Shown one piece after another: positions 27,887-31,179 of a stretch of DNA of 31,179 bases. Positions within the stretch are counted from its first letter, which is position 1. Each line of letters begins with the position of its first letter. The notes under the pieces are model-generated. The model worked only from the letters and a program-made list of their open reading frames with translations, ran no database searches and had not been told where the DNA came from. Source of the stretch: Myxococcota bacterium (GTDB taxonomy: Bacteria > Myxococcota_A > Polyangia > Polyangiales > Houyiibacteriaceae); the NCBI GenBank assembly GCA_039030515.1, contig JBCCEA010000044.1, positions 1-31,179 of the forward strand, written 5' to 3'. A program made the translations under genes and the position numbers.

Positions 27887-29632
27887 TCAAAGACAAGAAT
27901 GACCTCCTGCTTGTGCGCTCCATAAAAACTCGATGTCTCTGGGAATGAGAGATATCGCAGTTTCATGGAAGGAATTAATAGGTGTTCTTGTCACAAAAAG
28001 CTCATGAAGAGCGCAGCCAAATACAAAAGCATCTCCTTCAGACACGAAGCTCTTGCTATCTAGTTCGAGTGTTGCCCTCAGCCCACGTATAAGAGATTTA
28101 TCCATTAGTCTGGAGACGCTTTTCTTGCTCAATTTCTGGATGGAGTCGACTCTTCGTCGATTGGCACGTTCTCTTTGCGTCTCTTGATTGTTATTTAATA
28201 TATATAGACCAAGAATTGACTTGATCGAGCGATGATCTGAAAAGCCGAGGGTGCTGGACGCAAGATGAGATATCATCTTCCAATGGAGATTACTTCCAAC
28301 AGGTGGGAAAGATGGCTTGGAAATTTCGGTAATATTAGAAAACGTCGCTACAGTCGGGGAATTTTTGGTAGGTAAAGATATATCGCCGATACCTAACTTA
28401 TCGGTTAAATTTCGATTGCTGCAAGTTAGGTCTATCGAGAGGGTCTCTTTTCTATACTCCGGCGCAACGTCTCGTGGAGTTTGCAACGAAAGATAGATAT
28501 CGAATCCATCGTCATGTACAGAAGGCCTCCGTCGTACATTGTAGAAAGAATCAATTCCATCTGATCGATCCATATGTTCGAATGAGTGTAGTGAATGGTA
28601 TTCGGTGCGACTTTGACTGCTCCGTGACTCGCCAGTGACCTGTAGTACCTCTTCGACCTGCACGTGCCTCGGATCGATGTTCGTGGCTCGTATCAAATAT
28701 TCGTTCATACCTACATCTACCGAAATAGGGTTGGCCTGAGTTTCAAATAGATTTACGACTGGAACGCAATGGAGGCAAAACATCTGCCTTGTGACTTTCT
28801 CTGGAAGCTCAGGAGGACGATTAAATCTGAAAATGATCTCAAATTCCTCATCACAGTCATGGCCAACACTCTGAAGATCGGTCACCTGAAGAAAGAGTAG
28901 CTTGGCCGGTAAAGTAAAATATTCTTGTATAAGCCTAAGTCCTCCGGGTGTGGAGCGAGGCCACGGAAGCATGGGTAAAGATTCGGATAGGCCTATCGGT
29001 CTGATACAATCTGGGTTTAGATTGTGCTCGTTATTTTCTCTGTCGATATATGACACGGCGTCCAAATATCGATTCATCCACAGATACATTTGAGACGTGA
29101 CGCCTATAGGTCCGTTAAAAAACAGTCGGAAGCCGTGTGAAGATAGTACAGAGTCTCTTCCCGACTGCGGCACGGTAAGTCGCATGCGAAGAGCCGGTGT
29201 ATGTTCGATAGAATAGTCTAGAAGTACATCGATAATTTCTAAACTAGTTAAGTCCACTGAAGCTGTAGTACGAAATGTACAGAGTTCGCCCTCCACTGTC
29301 TTGGCTGAGAGTTCGGTGCCGGGCTCCACTCGATATGCACCTCGAATCGCAGAGCGTTGAGGGTAGAATTGCACCACGGAACACGCCGGAGTGGTCTGAA
29401 GATACTGAGGAAGTAGTAGTCTAGTTAGATCCTCAACGATTTCCGGTACAGCATCATCTACGCGTTCTCTGATCCGTGCAGTTAGAAATGCAAATCCTTC
29501 GAGTAGGCGTTGAACGTCGGGATCGCCACCTTGTGTAGAAAAAAGACCTGCCAACGATGGATTGGTTTTGGCGAATTCCTCACCGAGTTCTTTGAGGTAG
29601 CTGAGTTCACTTTGATAATAACGACTGAACAT
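27887..29632 (-). CDS. tssF: Type VI secretion baseplate subunit TssF
   Basis: YYQSELSYLKELGEEFA, DPDVQRLLEGFAFLTARI, LIQEYF, LHCVPVVNLF, LTCSNR, INSF. Confidence 0.96.
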   Translation of the reverse strand: MFSRYYQSELSYLKELGEEFAKTNPSLAGLFSTQGGDPDVQRLLEGFAFLTARIRERVDDAVPEIVEDLTRLLLPQYLQTTPACSVVQFYPQRSAIRGAYRVEPGTELSAKTVEGELCTFRTTASVDLTSLEIIDVLLDYSIEHTPALRMRLTVPQSGRDSVLSSHGFRLFFNGPIGVTSQMYLWMNRYLDAVSYIDRENNEHNLNPDCIRPIGLSESLPMLPWPRSTPGGLRLIQEYFTLPAKLLFLQVTDLQSVGHDCDEEFEIIFRFNRPPELPEKVTRQMFCLHCVPVVNLFETQANPISVDVGMNEYLIRATNIDPRHVQVEEVLQVTGESRSSQSRTEYHSLHSFEHMDRSDGIDSFYNVRRRPSVHDDGFDIYLSLQTPRDVAPEYRKETLSIDLTCSNRNLTDKLGIGDISLPTKNSPTVATFSNITEISKPSFPPVGSNLHWKMISHLASSTLGFSDHRSIKSILGLYILNNNQETQRERANRRRVDSIQKLSKKSVSRLMDKSLIRGLRATLELDSKSFVSEGDAFVFGCALHELFVTRTPINSFHETAISLIPRDIEFLWSAQAGGHSCL

Positions 29633-29783
29633 CGAGTATTCTTTTTTGCTTATTGAATAAAAATATATGCTGCACGAGCACGCACACCTGTTTTTCTAGT
29701 AAACGCAGGTGTCGTAAAAGAGCTATTGGATATCCAGAGTAATTAGTAGAACTCTTGTTCCAATTATGAATAATTGAATATCG

Positions 29784-30161
29784 TTAAAGCAGAGTGAATC
29801 TTCCTGATGAATTGCAAATGACAACGATATGAACCAATTTTTCTGAAGAGTTGTTAATTCTCCCATTGATTTCGAGACCGACAGAAAACAATTCGTCAGC
29901 TTCGACTTCTCGAATGGTTAAGCTTGTAACTCTCGGTTCATATCGAAGTATGGTGTTCCTAATTGAACGCCGTAAATTAGGAATCGCATCCGGAATATTA
30001 TGACAAATTTCTGAAAAATCACTTATGCCGTAACCACTGACGGTAGCAGAGTTGTTGACACGTGTATTCAAAAGCACATGTAGATGTGCTCGGATGCGAT
30101 CGGTGACTGTGTCATCGCCCCTGCCAAAGGAAATACGATCAAGAATTCCGCGACTTGCCAT
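29784..30161 (-). CDS. tssE: Type VI secretion baseplate subunit TssE (gp25-like)
   Basis: IRAHLHVLLNTR, YGISDF, IRNTILRYEPRV; lies between hcp and tssF. Confidence 0.92.
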   Translation of the reverse strand: MASRGILDRISFGRGDDTVTDRIRAHLHVLLNTRVNNSATVSGYGISDFSEICHNIPDAIPNLRRSIRNTILRYEPRVTSLTIREVEADELFSVGLEINGRINNSSEKLVHIVVICNSSGRFTLL

Positions 30162-30365
30162 GGAACACTACATTTCCAGTAGAGTACATGAAAGAGAAAA
30201 CGAAGTGCTCTGACCGTGATAGGTTATAAGCCACTTCTGTTTTATACAGTCAGTTCCCATGAATATTGATTTTTAATGAATTGAAGAACAATTCTGGAGA
30301 ATATAGATAGCCAATCAGTTGAACCGCGGCACAATTGCTTCAATCGACAGATTGTATGCGAATAT

Positions 30366-30863
30366 CTAAGCCCTGCTAGACCAACTATCTGTGTGCTCCG
30401 TAGAACCGACGTTGTGTGACCAGGTTATATTTTCGAACACAAAGCCAACACGTTCCCACATTTCGTTGTTTGCGGTTCCTGGTTCTCTGCAATCAGGGCT
30501 TGTGCGTTCGATGCTGGCTACTCGTCCTCCTCCGATAGTCACAGTCCAATACTGTTCATAAGTGCCATCGCCGGAATAGGTGGCGCGACTAAAGAGAAAT
30601 TTCCCTTCGATTAATTCATTATGAGTCATAGCTTTTTGAATTAGCGGAGATGCTTTACAGACCTCCTTCCAGACAGCTATTTCATCGTACTGCAAATCAC
30701 CATGCATTCTTCCGGTTCGGCGATCTATAGCAGCGCGAGAACCTTCACTGAACTTATAGCATTCGATCATATCTGCATATTCGTTATTGGGTCCAAAGTG
30801 AGTTGGCTCGCCGATAATATTGTTTCCATTTGCTGTAAGCTGTACGTAGACTGGTCGTGACAT
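30366..30863 (-). CDS. hcp: Type VI secretion tube protein Hcp (TssD), divergent myxobacterial type
   Basis: LTANGNNIIGE, TGRMHG, KEVCKASPLIQKAM, GDGTYEQYWTVTI, ERVGFVFENITW, HTDSW. Confidence 0.92.
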   Translation of the reverse strand: MSRPVYVQLTANGNNIIGEPTHFGPNNEYADMIECYKFSEGSRAAIDRRTGRMHGDLQYDEIAVWKEVCKASPLIQKAMTHNELIEGKFLFSRATYSGDGTYEQYWTVTIGGGRVASIERTSPDCREPGTANNEMWERVGFVFENITWSHNVGSTEHTDSWSSRA

Positions 30864-31179
30864 GATTTTGGATGTTTTCCTTCTGAAAAGAGATAGGTTA
30901 ATGTGTCTTGCTCAGAATACGGCATCCTCGGTGATAAACTTCCCAACTTTTTACCGCTACGGATCTGGATATATAATTTCCTATTCGAGCGAAGACTCAG
31001 CTTCATACGAAAGGCCTTTTATAGGCTCTATGGGGACTCCAGGGCGAGCGCATCTAAATCTGGGGAAAACCGTTAGCTAGGACTTCAATGAAATAGGATT
31101 GGCTCCAAGCCGCCTTTCGCTTCTTCATCGCTACACTCATTTTGACAGGGTCGCATTTCAAGAATACTGACCGCATATC

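Noticed and set aside
30864..31179. 3' end of tssC or small ORFs upstream of hcp
   Set aside because: No TssC C-terminal motif seen in the minus-strand frames; the short ORFs lack support

Overview
Bacterial DNA whose protein content points to Myxococcota (Polyangiales/Sandaracinaceae-like; inferred from a Hanks-type Ser/Thr kinase, a Cys-rich OmpA/Pal, a FAAL and a myxobacterial-type Hcp). 1-11.5 kb is mostly housekeeping: GT51 transglycosylase; a cytochrome oxidase assembly set (DUF420, SCO, cyoE, ctaA) with a kinase between cyoE and ctaA; PDZ protein, tmk, cpoB, pal-like gene and an aminotransferase. Next come a 590-bp mosaic of a 130-bp palindromic MITE-like repeat, a membrane protein, bioB and an orphan barnase/RNase Sa-like gene whose catalytic Glu appears replaced by Lys. 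The best candidate for an undescribed system is a divergent five-gene lipid/polyketide cluster at 15.4-21.3 kb (ACP + FAAL on the minus strand; KS + CLF-like KS + SPT-like alpha-oxoamine synthase on the plus strand), resembling a dissociated type II version of RedL or a sphingoid-base pathway. After it lies a nested mobile-element graveyard (IS3 split around a WD40 pseudogene and an IS50/Tn5-like remnant), three hypothetical genes, and an AT-rich, unusually spaced hcp-tssE-tssF-tssG T6SS block. All family calls come from motifs read by eye; no database search was run.
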